A stretch of 64,000 nt of DNA from Mycobacteriales bacterium (GCA_040414495.1 JBEDUI010000054.1:15253-79252); one strand, 5' to 3'; positions 1 to 9,211 are shown, counted from the first letter of the stretch. The notes: generated by a model not told the origin, from the letters alone. Translations and numbers: made by a program.

Positions 1-383
1 GCGATCACCAACCGGTCGGCCCAACCCGGTCCGAGGCTGCCGACTACGGCCAGGTCGGCGTGTTCGGCCAGCCGCAGCATTTCCGCGGCGGGCTGGCCGC
101 TGGCCAGATGCAGTGCGGTACGTACGCCCGGGGCGGCTGCCTCCGCCTTGGCCCGTGCCCGAGCCAATACGTACTCGCCATGCTGCCGCGTACCGGCCGC
201 AAGATCGGGACTATCGAGCAGATGCGCGACCCGGTCCCCCGGCAGAACCAGGCACAGCGTCAGCAATTCGTCTCGCGCGACCGCGGCACGAGCCGCCCAC
301 ACGACGGCCGCATTGGTGATACGCGTGCCGTCAACCCGGACGACCACACCGCTGCGCCGCATGTCTTCGCGCTGCTCGGCCAT
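1..383 (-). CDS. universal stress protein (UspA family); 5' end complete, 3' end runs off the window
   Basis: Own minus-strand translation from ATG 383: MAEQREDMRRSGVVVRVDGTRITNAAVVWAARAAVARDELLTLCLVL...AEHADLAVVGSLGPG. Absent from the ORF track because no stop lies in the window. Confidence 0.6.
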   Translation of the reverse strand, partial: MAEQREDMRRSGVVVRVDGTRITNAAVVWAARAAVARDELLTLCLVLPGDRVAHLLDSPDLAAGTRQHGEYVLARARAKAEAAAPGVRTALHLASGQPAAEMLRLAEHADLAVVGSLGPGWADRLVI

Positions 384-467
384 GACGCACCCCCGCGCGG
401 CCAACCGTTTTATCCGACCCGCTCAGGCCACACCTTCAGCGTCGGCTGCCGGCGTTCACGATGCAAC

Positions 468-481
468 GGTCCTAAGTCCTG
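468..481. promoter_or_regulatory. loose DevR/DosR-like box GGTCCTAAGTCCTG, 85-98 nt upstream of the partial usp
   Basis: Resembles the GGGACTTTAGTCCC-type dyad. Single copy, not a strict GGWCCTT core. Confidence 0.25.
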
Positions 482-542
482 TTCCAGCCCAACGCTTTCA
501 CCCTTTCGCTTGTCCAAGTACGACACCATTCGCCTGGTCTTA

Positions 543-1046
543 TCAGGACAGTCGGGAATGGACACCAAAGTTGCGATCGGCATAGATCAATGGCTGACAG
601 GGCTGGTATTCCAGGTCATCGACCCGCCCGACGACGATCACATGGTCGCCACCGGGCATGAGGGATTCGACCGCGCACTCGGCCCAGCCGGGCGAACCAT
701 GCAGATACGGCAACCCGGCCCGGTCCGACCATTCGACGCCGGCGAATTTGTCCTCGCGTTTGGTGGCGAACAATGTGGCCAGTTCGGACTGCGCCGCGTC
801 GAGGATATTCACGCCGAAGCGACGGGTGCGACGTAGTCGGGCCAGCAGCCGCGACCGGCGATCCAACGCCAGCATGATCAGTCGCGGTTGCAGCGACAGC
901 GAGGTAAAGGCGCTGACCGTCGTACCGGCCGGCTCCGTTCCCTCCGCGGTCGTAACGATCACGACCGGCCCACACACCATGCTCATCAGGTCACGAAATC
1001 GTTGGTTGGATACGTCTTCCTGTGCGCAGGTCTGCGGCACGCTCAT
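543..1046 (-). CDS. flavin reductase (NAD(P)H:FMN oxidoreductase, HpaC/NtaB-like)
   Basis: 167 aa. Flavin_Reduct-like sequence FRDLMSMVCGPVVIVTT...SAFTSLSLQPRLIMLAL. The ATG overlaps the upstream stop (ATGA). Confidence 0.85.
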   Translation of the reverse strand: MSVPQTCAQEDVSNQRFRDLMSMVCGPVVIVTTAEGTEPAGTTVSAFTSLSLQPRLIMLALDRRSRLLARLRRTRRFGVNILDAAQSELATLFATKREDKFAGVEWSDRAGLPYLHGSPGWAECAVESLMPGGDHVIVVGRVDDLEYQPCQPLIYADRNFGVHSRLS

Positions 1047-1936
1047 TCGACCATCCCTGTCTCTCGAGCCACTTGGTCTCGCAATTCGCGCCGTCGTTCG
1101 GCATCGATGCTGGTCGCGGCGTTGATGCTCGGCACGGACGCGATCAGCAGCCGCGTATACGTGTGCCGTGGTGCGGTGAAAACGTCCTTTGTGGACCCAT
1201 ATTCGACGAGACGTCCGTGATACAGGACCGCGATGCTGTCGGTAATGCTGGCCAGCGCGCCGAGGTCGTGCGAAATCACGATGACCCCGACGCCCAATTC
1301 GTCCCGCAAATCGGCCAACAATTGCAGGATGTGATTGCGATTCGACACGTCCAGGGCGCTGACCGGCTCATCGCAGATCAACAGCCGCGGGCGCATCACC
1401 AACGCCCGCGCGATCGAGACGCGTTGCCGTTGACCGCCCGAAATCTGACCCGGCGTCCGGTCGGCCAAAGCCGGATCCAACCCGACCTGCTCCAACGCCG
1501 CCCGGACCGCATCAGCGCGCTCGGCCCGCGACACCCCGCGGACCGCCAGGCCCTCGCCGACGATGTCCCGTACCGGCAGGTCCGGGTCCAGCGACCGCAG
1601 CGGATCCTGGAACACGTACTGGATCTGGCCGGTCCGCCGGAAGGCGCGCAGCTTGTTCTCCCGCAGCGACGAGAGTTGCGTGTCGGCCAGCGTCACGCTG
1701 CCCGATCGCACCGGTACGAGGCCGAGAATCGCCCGAGCCAACGTGGTTTTACCCGATCCGGTCTCCCCGATCAGTCCGACAATTTCGCCGGCGGCCACGT
1801 CGAGGTCGACGTCATGCAGGATCGGTACGCCGTGGCCACGGCCGAGTGAGACGTTCAGCCCACGTACGCGTAACAACTGCGCCGTCGACGAGGTTGCTTG
1901 ATCCTTGCCGATCCGGGTGATTTCGGTGGCGCTCAT
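1043..1936 (-). CDS. ABC transporter ATP-binding protein (DppF/OppF-like)
   Basis: Walker A GETGSGKT, signature LSGGQRQR, Walker B LLICDEPVSALD. Start trimmed to MSATEITR (ATG 1936, ATGA overlap with the upstream stop). Confidence 0.85.
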   Translation of the reverse strand: MSATEITRIGKDQATSSTAQLLRVRGLNVSLGRGHGVPILHDVDLDVAAGEIVGLIGETGSGKTTLARAILGLVPVRSGSVTLADTQLSSLRENKLRAFRRTGQIQYVFQDPLRSLDPDLPVRDIVGEGLAVRGVSRAERADAVRAALEQVGLDPALADRTPGQISGGQRQRVSIARALVMRPRLLICDEPVSALDVSNRNHILQLLADLRDELGVGVIVISHDLGALASITDSIAVLYHGRLVEYGSTKDVFTAPRHTYTRLLIASVPSINAATSIDAERRRELRDQVARETGMVE

Positions 1937-2922
1937 GATGCCTCCCGTACCGGCACTGGGTGCTGGCATTGGAATCCATGCCCGCCGGCGGTACGCCACG
2001 GAATTCCGTCGCTGTGGCAATCCGCGGCGCTCGATGCGCAGCGATCGGCGAATGCACAGCCGGTCCAGGGCGTGTCCAATGCCGGCGGCTGCCCGGGAAT
2101 GACCGTGAGCCGGCGTCGATCCCAGGTGCCGGTATCAGCCGCGTCGAGTAGTGCCTGCGTGTAGCGGTGCCGCGGCGCCGCCAACACCTGCCCGGCTTCG
2201 CCCGCCTCCACCACCTGGCCGGCATAGAAAACGGCGATGCGATCACACAGCTCGGAGATGACGGCCAGGTCGTGCGAAACGAACACAATGGACAGACCGA
2301 GTTCGGCCCGCAGCGTCCGCAACAGATCGATCACCTCCGCCTGCACGGTGACGTCCAGCGCGGTCGTTGCCTCGTCGGCAATCAGCAATTCGGGGTCACA
2401 CGACACGGCGATCGCCAACAGCGCCCGTTGCAACATGCCACCGGAGAGCTGATGCGGGTACTGCCCCAGAACCCGTTCTATCCGGCGCATTCCCACCAGC
2501 TCGAGCAATTCGGCGGCCCGAATCCGGGCGGCTTTCCGGGCCAGCCCACCCTTGACCCGGAGCACCTCGCTCAGCTGGCGGCCGATCGTCAGCGACGGGT
2601 TCAGGTACGAGGCTGGGTCCTGGAACACCGCCCCAATATGGCGGCTGCGAATATCCGCCAGTTCGCGGCGGCCGGCACCGACCAGATCCTTGCCGGCAAA
2701 GCGGATCGAGCCACCGGTTACGACACAACCGGGAGCCAGCACGCCCAACACCGCCCGGCAGGTGAGCGTCTTACCGCTCCCGGATTCGCCCACCAGCCCG
2801 ATCGTCTGTCCCTTGTGGACATCAAACGACACGCCGTGCACTGCCTCCAATGCGCCGCCACCGACCGCAACACGGAGCTGATCGACACGCAGCAGCGGCT
2901 CGTTCTCAGCGAGCGCCGACAT
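1933..2922 (-). CDS. ABC transporter ATP-binding protein (DppD/OppD-like)
   Basis: GESGSGKT, LSGGMLQR, LLIADEATTALD, Cys-rich oligopeptide-type C-terminus. Start trimmed to MSALAENEPLL. Confidence 0.85.
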   Translation of the reverse strand: MSALAENEPLLRVDQLRVAVGGGALEAVHGVSFDVHKGQTIGLVGESGSGKTLTCRAVLGVLAPGCVVTGGSIRFAGKDLVGAGRRELADIRSRHIGAVFQDPASYLNPSLTIGRQLSEVLRVKGGLARKAARIRAAELLELVGMRRIERVLGQYPHQLSGGMLQRALLAIAVSCDPELLIADEATTALDVTVQAEVIDLLRTLRAELGLSIVFVSHDLAVISELCDRIAVFYAGQVVEAGEAGQVLAAPRHRYTQALLDAADTGTWDRRRLTVIPGQPPALDTPWTGCAFADRCASSAADCHSDGIPWRTAGGHGFQCQHPVPVREAS

Positions 2923-3781
2923 TCTGCACCCTCCCCAAACGTCGTCGCCCGGTCGTCTGCCGTACCGAATCCCCGGCGCTGTCGCGGATCGCATCCGCCA
3001 GCGCGTTCAGCGCGCCAACGGTGAGCATGATCACCAGAGCCGGAAAGATCGGTGCCCAACGCTGCTGGGCCAGATAGCTCAGGTCGCTGGCGAGCATGCC
3101 GCCCCACGTCGGTGTCGGCGGCACCACGCCGATTCCGAGAAACGTCAGCGACGAGACGACCAACAACGCACCGGCAATGTGATTAGCGGTGGTGATCGCC
3201 ACCGTCGGCAGCACCTTGTTCCAGATATGGGTACGGATCACCCGCCACGGCGAGGCGCCCAGCAGCTGGGCCGCCTCGACGTACTGGGCCTGGTTGAAGG
3301 ACCAGGCCGCCGCTCGCGTGATCCGGAAGAAACCCGGTGCCATCAATATGCCGACCGCGAACATCGCCTGATGCAGGCCATTGCCCAACAACGCGGCGAC
3401 CGCGATCGCGAAGATGATGAACGGCAATGCCATCAGCCCGTCCATCACCCGCTGCGACACCCACTCGAACGACCGTCCCAAGTAGACAGAGGCGAGCCCG
3501 GGGAAAACGCCGAGCCCGAACGCGATGCCGACCGCCTCCAGCGCGCTGAGTACGGATAACGCCGAACCGGCCAGCAACCGGCTCAGCACGTCCCGACCCA
3601 GATAGTCGGTGCCGAGCCAGAACCGTGAACTGGGTCCTTTGAGGATCTGGCCGTCGTGCTGCTGCAACGGGTTCATTGGCGCCAGCAGGTGTCCGAACAC
3701 GACAAGCACCACGACCACCAGCAAGATCGCGATCGAGATCTTGGCCGACCGCAGCTGCCAGCTCCGCCGGAATGTGTTCAT
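2906..3781 (-). CDS. ABC transporter permease (DppC-like)
   Basis: The real gene starts at MNTFRRSWQLRSAKISIAILLVVV (ATG 3781, ATGA overlap). The remainder of the 480-aa track ORF is a GC-rich N-terminal artefact. Confidence 0.85.
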   Translation of the reverse strand: MNTFRRSWQLRSAKISIAILLVVVVLVVFGHLLAPMNPLQQHDGQILKGPSSRFWLGTDYLGRDVLSRLLAGSALSVLSALEAVGIAFGLGVFPGLASVYLGRSFEWVSQRVMDGLMALPFIIFAIAVAALLGNGLHQAMFAVGILMAPGFFRITRAAAWSFNQAQYVEAAQLLGASPWRVIRTHIWNKVLPTVAITTANHIAGALLVVSSLTFLGIGVVPPTPTWGGMLASDLSYLAQQRWAPIFPALVIMLTVGALNALADAIRDSAGDSVRQTTGRRRLGRVQNVGAR

Positions 3782-4797
3782 TCCGCCCTCCCCGTACCGG
3801 GACGCAGCCGGCGCAGGCCGATATTGACCAGGAGGCTGGACACCAGCACCAGGCCGATCGTGACCAACAACGTCGCCTGCACGACCGGGACATCGCCCCG
3901 CAATGCGCTGTCCTTGGCCAACTGGCCAAGCCCCGGCAAAGCGAAAACCGTTTCGGTAATAACCGCACCGCCGATGAGCCTCGGCACATGCAGGCCGAGA
4001 ACAGCCAAGGCCGGACCAGCGCCATTGCGCAACGCGTGCACGAACACCACGCGCCGGGTCGAATACCCGCGCACAACGGCCCCGGTGACGTAGTTCTCCC
4101 GCAGCGTTCCGACCAGGCCATTGCGCAACTGGCGGGCCAGATCGGCGGCCGAATCCAGGCTGAGCGACAGGCACGGCAGGATCAGGAACTTCAGCCATTG
4201 CCCGATATTCACCGAGGGACCGACATACCCGCCCGAGGGCAGAATCGGCAGGCTCACCGCGAAGACCGTGATCAGCACGATCGCCGCCACGAAACCGGGC
4301 ACTGTGGACAGTAGCGAGCAGACGAACGTGACCGCACGGTCGAACCACCCGCCATTGTTCAGTGCCGCGGCAATGCCGACCAAGGTCCCCAGCACCACGG
4401 CGATTATCAGCGCGCCGACCGCCACCGAGAGGCTGACCGGCAGCCGCTGCTCAATGCTCTGCGTCACCGGGATATGGGTAAACCACGACGTCCCGAAATC
4501 GCCCCGCACCGCGCGGCCGACCCAGCTGAAATACTGGACGATGAACGGGCGGTCCAACCCGTACTGATGGTTCATCCGCGTGATATCGGCCTTGGTCGCG
4601 GTATCACCGAGCACAGCGTTGGCCGGGCTGAACTTGCTCAGCGCGCCCAGCCCGTACGTAATGAACGTCGCGATAAAAAGCACCGGCACCGCGACCGCAA
4701 GCCCACGCCCGAGCGATCGGAGCAGCCGCAACGACCGCCGGCGTGGCGACACGGCCACGCCGACATCGAGTGGTGCGCTCTGCTCAATGACCACCAT
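3778..4797 (-). CDS. ABC transporter permease (DppB-like)
   Basis: 339 aa, multi-TM, typical DppB-type N-terminus and EAA-loop region. Confidence 0.85.
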   Translation of the reverse strand: MVVIEQSAPLDVGVAVSPRRRSLRLLRSLGRGLAVAVPVLFIATFITYGLGALSKFSPANAVLGDTATKADITRMNHQYGLDRPFIVQYFSWVGRAVRGDFGTSWFTHIPVTQSIEQRLPVSLSVAVGALIIAVVLGTLVGIAAALNNGGWFDRAVTFVCSLLSTVPGFVAAIVLITVFAVSLPILPSGGYVGPSVNIGQWLKFLILPCLSLSLDSAADLARQLRNGLVGTLRENYVTGAVVRGYSTRRVVFVHALRNGAGPALAVLGLHVPRLIGGAVITETVFALPGLGQLAKDSALRGDVPVVQATLLVTIGLVLVSSLLVNIGLRRLRPGTGRAE

Positions 4798-4815
4798 GAC
4801 GTCGCTGCCTCTCGC

Positions 4816-6333
4816 TCACTTGACCGCAACGCCTTCCCAACGCTGCGTGTCGACCCACGGTTGCAGGCCGCTCACGTTCGGCTTATACGCGAAAATGCGC
4901 TTCCACGAGAACAGGAAGGTGTTCGGCATCGACTTCACCCCGGCCGCGGTGGCGGCCTGGATCGCCGCCGCGTATTTCGGCGAATCGAGCGGAGTGGCGC
5001 GCACGACGTTCAGCGCATTGTCGAAGGTGCCGCTCTTGGTCTTGCCGAGGTTCATCAGGCCCTTCTGTCCGAAGAGGACTGTCAGCGCCTGCACCGGCGA
5101 TTCGCGGCCGGAGAAGCTATCGAGAGCGAGCGGGTACTGCCGGGTCAAATAGTTGTTGATGCCGGGCTGCTCCACCTTCAGCGTCACCTTGATGCCGACC
5201 GCATTGAGCTGCTTCTGCAGCACCTCGGCGAGTGCGTCGCCGGCGTCGGCGACCCACAGCGTGATCTTCAGCCCGTCCGGGTGGCCCGCCTCGGCAAGCA
5301 GTTGCTTCGCCTTGCCCGGGTCGTACGAATACAGATTGTCCAGCGATGGGTCGTAGCCCACATATCCCTTCGGGAACGGCTGCCAGTCCGGCTCGCCCTG
5401 GCCGAAGAACGCGGTCTTGACCAGCTCTTTTCGGTTGATGGCATGGCTGATCGCCTGCATCACCTTGGGATTGTTGAACGGTGCGACCGTGCCGTTGACG
5501 TCGAGCGTACGGACATTGAACGTGGTGTTCGCCTCGATCTTCAGTCCGGCGGCCTTGGCGGCCTGGATCTGGCTGGGCGGAATTGTCGCCATGTCGTACT
5601 GGCCGGACTGCAAACCGGCTACCGCCACCGAGGGATCCGGGGCCTCTTTGAGCACGAACTTGTCGAGCTTGATGTCCTTGGCATCCCAGTAATTCGGGTT
5701 CTTTTTCAGCTCGGCATGCGAATCCGGTACGTAGTCGGTGAGGATGAACGGTCCCGCACCAACTGGCTTCGTGGCCAGACCGGCCGCGTTCTTCTTGGCC
5801 GCGGTCGGGCTGACCAGATCACCGGTCTTTCCGGCCAACAGCGCGGGAATTTGGTAATCCGGCTTGTCCAGGACCAGCGTCACCGATGTGGTGCCGGCCA
5901 CCGTCACGTCCTTCACTTCGGCCAACTGATCGGCGATATTGCTGCCCTTGCCGTCCCGGCCACGCAGAATGTTGTATTTCACGGCCTCGGCGTCCAGCGG
6001 CGTGCCGTCGCTGAACTTCAAACCGGGCCGGAGCGTGAACGTGACCTGGGTGCCGTCGCTGTTGTATTTCCAGGATTTCGCCAAGGCTGGTACGGCCGTG
6101 CCCTTCACGTCCAGCTTGGTCAGGGCAGCGTAGGTCAGCGCTAACGCGTGCGTGTCGTTGCCAATGGCTGAGGTGGCCGGGTCCCATGTGGACGGAAGGC
6201 CCCAGCCCCAGGTCAGCGTTCCCCCGGCGCCGCCGGTTCCGCCACTGCTCGCGGTGGCGGACCCACCGCAGGCCGCGGCCAGCGCGAGCATCGCGGCGCC
6301 CATTGTCGCGCCCAGGCTCCTGCGCGTATTCAT
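4816..6333 (-). CDS. ABC transporter substrate-binding lipoprotein, family 5 (peptide/nickel type)
   Basis: 505 aa. Lipoprotein signal MNTRRSLGATMGAAMLALAAACGGS. SBP_bac_5-like body. Confidence 0.85.
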   Translation of the reverse strand: MNTRRSLGATMGAAMLALAAACGGSATASSGGTGGAGGTLTWGWGLPSTWDPATSAIGNDTHALALTYAALTKLDVKGTAVPALAKSWKYNSDGTQVTFTLRPGLKFSDGTPLDAEAVKYNILRGRDGKGSNIADQLAEVKDVTVAGTTSVTLVLDKPDYQIPALLAGKTGDLVSPTAAKKNAAGLATKPVGAGPFILTDYVPDSHAELKKNPNYWDAKDIKLDKFVLKEAPDPSVAVAGLQSGQYDMATIPPSQIQAAKAAGLKIEANTTFNVRTLDVNGTVAPFNNPKVMQAISHAINRKELVKTAFFGQGEPDWQPFPKGYVGYDPSLDNLYSYDPGKAKQLLAEAGHPDGLKITLWVADAGDALAEVLQKQLNAVGIKVTLKVEQPGINNYLTRQYPLALDSFSGRESPVQALTVLFGQKGLMNLGKTKSGTFDNALNVVRATPLDSPKYAAAIQAATAAGVKSMPNTFLFSWKRIFAYKPNVSGLQPWVDTQRWEGVAVK

Positions 6334-6399
6334 GTGAATTCACTCCCCGATCAAAGGTCTGCTGGTTGCGCTGTCAGTTGCGTGTCGAGCGAGGTGAAC

Positions 6400-6444
6400 A
6401 ACAGGCAGCGCTGCAGATGCGTAGGAAGTCCACGTAGCGTCTGG
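6400..6444. promoter_or_regulatory. conserved 45-nt element, copy 1 (core AAGTCCACGTAGCG at 6425-6438)
   Basis: 34/45 identical (manual alignment) to 7752-7796. Lies about 95 nt upstream of the SBP start. Confidence 0.4.
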
Positions 6445-6468
6445 CGGTCAGTGGCGACATTGGGCGTA

Positions 6469-7575
6469 CTACGCGACCGAGGCGGGCTGGCGGCTACCGG
6501 CAATCTGCTCGCGTAGCAGCGGTACCAACCGCTCGCCCCACTGCACGACATCACCGAGCGGATCGAAGCCGCGGATCAGGAAGTTATCCACGCCGAGGTC
6601 GCGGTATTTCTGCAACGACTCGGCGACCTGCTCGGCCGTACCGACCAATGCGGAGGAATTGCCACCGGGACCGGTGAGCGCGGTGACCCCGAACCACAGG
6701 CGTTCGTCGTGCACCTCTTGCGTACGGGCCTGATCCTGCAGACGTTGGGCACCAATGGACGAGCTTTGCTGACCGGCCCGGCGGAATCGGTACAAGCCAT
6801 CGGGATTGTCGACCCGGGCCTTGGTGGCGTCCCGGATCTCCTCGGCCCGGGCCCAGGCCGCGTCCTCGGTGTCGGCCACGATCGGCCGCACCGACAGGCT
6901 GAATGAGACGTCCCGGTCGAATTTCGCGGCCTCGGTACGAACCTGCTCGATGCGCTCGGCGATCTGCGCCCGCGGCTCGCCCCAGAGCATGTAAACGTCG
7001 GTGTGCTGGGCTCCGACCTGCACGGCGGCCGGCGAAGCCCCGCCGAAGAAAACCCGGATACCGCCGGGCTGGACCGGCTTGACCGAGCTGAATGCGCCCT
7101 CAACGCGGTAGATCTCGCCGTGGTGGTCGAACGGTTCGGCCGAATTCCAGGTGCGGCGCAGTACGTCGATGAATTCACCGGTACGGGCGTAACGCTGATC
7201 GTGATCGAGGAAATCGCCGTCGCGTTTTTGATCGCGCTCGTCGCCTCCGGTGATGTGGTGAATGCCGACCCGGCCCCCACCGCTGAGGTGATCCAGCGTC
7301 GCCAGCTTGCGCGCCACCAGCGTCGGGGCGACAAACCCCGGCCGGTGTGCGATCAGCACCTTGAGTTTCGTGGTCACGTGCAGAACGTGCGCCGCAATGG
7401 CGAATCCGTCCGGCCCGGTGGCGCCGTAACCGATCAGAACACGGTCAAAACCGGCCGCTTCATGGGCCTGGGCAAATCTGGTGAGGTAGTCGGTGTCGAT
7501 CACCGAGCCGGTGAACGAGCCACGCGTTTCGGAGACCTCTTTTGTGCCGACCATGCCGAGAATTTCGCTGGTCAT
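6469..7575 (-). CDS. LLM-class FMNH2-dependent monooxygenase (alkanesulfonate-monooxygenase-like)
   Basis: Start trimmed to MTSEILGMVGT (ATG 7575, RBS GAAGGGAA). Clear paralog of 19402-20517. Shares AHRPG, GGRV..H.ITGG and MLWGEP blocks with SsuD-type enzymes. Confidence 0.8.
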   Translation of the reverse strand: MTSEILGMVGTKEVSETRGSFTGSVIDTDYLTRFAQAHEAAGFDRVLIGYGATGPDGFAIAAHVLHVTTKLKVLIAHRPGFVAPTLVARKLATLDHLSGGGRVGIHHITGGDERDQKRDGDFLDHDQRYARTGEFIDVLRRTWNSAEPFDHHGEIYRVEGAFSSVKPVQPGGIRVFFGGASPAAVQVGAQHTDVYMLWGEPRAQIAERIEQVRTEAAKFDRDVSFSLSVRPIVADTEDAAWARAEEIRDATKARVDNPDGLYRFRRAGQQSSSIGAQRLQDQARTQEVHDERLWFGVTALTGPGGNSSALVGTAEQVAESLQKYRDLGVDNFLIRGFDPLGDVVQWGERLVPLLREQIAGSRQPASVA

Positions 7576-7613
7576 GGAATTCCCTTCGTGGTGTCTGGAC
7601 ATGCGCATCACTC

Positions 7614-7656
7614 GTGCGCGCAGCGCACATCGGCGCGACTCACCACAATGTGAGTC
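7614..7656 (-). promoter_or_regulatory. two perfect inverted repeats in the 5' region of the LLM gene (GTGCGC-gca-GCGCAC; GACTCAC-n6-GTGAGTC)
   Basis: Read directly. Located 40-80 nt upstream of ATG 7575 and downstream of an AT-rich TTTATAAATAT tract (7672-7700). Confidence 0.35.
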
Positions 7657-7751
7657 CCGGCAGGAAGAACGATTTATAAATATGGCCGAGACAGATATAT
7701 TCGGTATCCGGTTGAAATAGGGCCGCGATCCCCGAATTCAGCAGGTCAGCG

Positions 7752-7796
7752 ACAGAGCGCGCTGGAGGTACGCACAAAGTCCACGTAGCGACAGGC
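7752..7796. promoter_or_regulatory. conserved 45-nt element, copy 2 (core AAGTCCACGTAGCG at 7777-7790)
   Basis: 34/45 identical to 6400-6444. About 200 nt upstream of the LLM start. Confidence 0.4.
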
Positions 7797-7910
7797 TACG
7801 AGGCGGCGGCGGCTGAATGACACGAGAAAAACGTTAACCGAGCCGCCGCAACAATGTCAATCGACACCTAGAAGTGTCCTATTCGGATCATCGCTCGTAA
7901 CGGCGTTGCT

Positions 7911-8762
7911 CTATCGGGTCAGCCGCCACAGCGTGCCGTTCCCGGTACGGTGCGCGATCGCACCGTCAGGTGGACATACGGCGCCGGTCAACAATTCCAG
8001 GTCACGAATCGTGAGGCTGCCGAACATCCGCAGCGCCTGCTCCGGCGAAAGCGCCGGTGGCCGCAACGTTATCGCCGGAGCCGCGTTGATCGCAGCTTGT
8101 TCGTACACCGAAATATGACGCCAACCCGGCACGACCCGGCGCCCGGCCGACCCCAGGAAAATCACCGTAGGCAATGCGTAACGGTGCCGTAACCCAACCT
8201 GCTTGGCCCGACCGTCATGCGGTGGCGGACCGTCCACAGTGAGCACTTCCGGGCACGGATTACGACACTGCTCCCAATCGGCCCGCACGGCATCACGAAT
8301 CGGCCGGCTGCGCAGGTCTCGCGCCAACCGATCTATATCCAGCCCATAAATATCGGATACCGAATTGAGCGCGCCATCGAGAGTGTCGGGCGGATCGCCG
8401 TCCAGGAAGGTTGTTTCCCGCAACCGACGCAGGACGCGCTCGGCCAGCACCTCACCCTGTTCCTCCGCGGCCTTGGCCGTGAGCGAAGCGGGCCAACTCG
8501 TCCGGGCCACCCGGCACAGCCGTTCCGGGATCGGAGCACCGGTCTCCTGCCCCACCCGGGCCAGAAACGCCGAATACCAAGCGGTTTCGGCCGCCGGATC
8601 CGGTGGCGGGTCCTCCGTGCTGTCGAACAGAATGCCGAATACCCGGCGCCAGTGAACCTGGTCACCCAAAGACAAGCGCAACCGGCGGAACGTCGGCTCC
8701 GATCCCCATGCCCACGGGCAAACCGGATCGGTGAACTCGAGCACCGTCAGCGGCGCGGTCAT
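7911..8762 (-). CDS. DsbA-family thioredoxin-fold protein (monothiol CPWA variant)
   Basis: Start trimmed to MTAPLTVLEFTDPVCPWAWGSEP (ATG 8762, ATGA overlap with the Rrf2 stop). DSBA-like thioredoxin fold. Confidence 0.7.
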   Translation of the reverse strand: MTAPLTVLEFTDPVCPWAWGSEPTFRRLRLSLGDQVHWRRVFGILFDSTEDPPPDPAAETAWYSAFLARVGQETGAPIPERLCRVARTSWPASLTAKAAEEQGEVLAERVLRRLRETTFLDGDPPDTLDGALNSVSDIYGLDIDRLARDLRSRPIRDAVRADWEQCRNPCPEVLTVDGPPPHDGRAKQVGLRHRYALPTVIFLGSAGRRVVPGWRHISVYEQAAINAAPAITLRPPALSPEQALRMFGSLTIRDLELLTGAVCPPDGAIAHRTGNGTLWRLTR

Positions 8763-9211
8763 TTCGCGGCGGCCACCCGGGCCCGGCGCCGCGGCCGGGA
8801 CTCGGCGTGCTGCACGGGTCCGGCGCACAGCTGGGCGATGGAGGTGTCCAGCGGCCCTTGCAACCGCTGTTCGACCGATTCCCACAGCGAGCCGAGGTGA
8901 CGCGCAGAACCGGAATATGCCAGCTCGTTGATCGGCTCGTTGCGTACGAGCAGAACATCGCCATCGACAGCCGCGATCGCGTCCGCCACGGTGATCAAGT
9001 CGGCGTCGCGGGCCAGCCAATAGCCGCCCTCGCAACCGCGCTGGCTCACAACCAGCCCGGCCTGGCGGAGTTCCTGCACGATCGACTTAAGGAAGCGGTA
9101 CGGAATCCCTTGCGCGGTGGCCATTGCCTCACAGGTCACCGGCGCCGCGTTGTCCGCAGCCAACTCGAGCAACACCCGAATCGCGTAATCAGCTTTCGCA
9201 GAAATTCGCAC
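8759..9211 (-). CDS. Rrf2-family transcriptional regulator
   Basis: Start set at GTG 9211 (V)RISAKADYAIRVLLELA, the canonical Rrf2 N-terminus. wHTH IPYRFLKSIVQELRQAGLV. Confidence 0.8.
   Translation of the reverse strand: MRISAKADYAIRVLLELAADNAAPVTCEAMATAQGIPYRFLKSIVQELRQAGLVVSQRGCEGGYWLARDADLITVADAIAAVDGDVLLVRNEPINELAYSGSARHLGSLWESVEQRLQGPLDTSIAQLCAGPVQHAESRPRRRARVAAAK

Noticed and set aside
2906-4348. N-terminal extensions of track ORFs (2906-4348, 7911-9035, 8759-9304, 22310-23068, 31969-33198, 32760-34469, 35640-38645, 42719-43924, 48514-50574)
   Set aside because: Homology, RBS placement and stop/start coupling all point to internal start codons. The upstream parts overlap neighbouring genes and have junk composition.
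4474-6144. Long antisense ORFs (4474-6144 +, 9265-10395 -, 18378-19520 +, 19405-20514 +, 36066-37202 +, 37227-38621 +, 57189-58547 +, 60873-62441 +, 62376-63335 -, and many others)
   Set aside because: Arg/Pro/Gly-rich, low-complexity translations lying opposite clearly homologous genes. These are typical shadow ORFs of a 70% GC genome.
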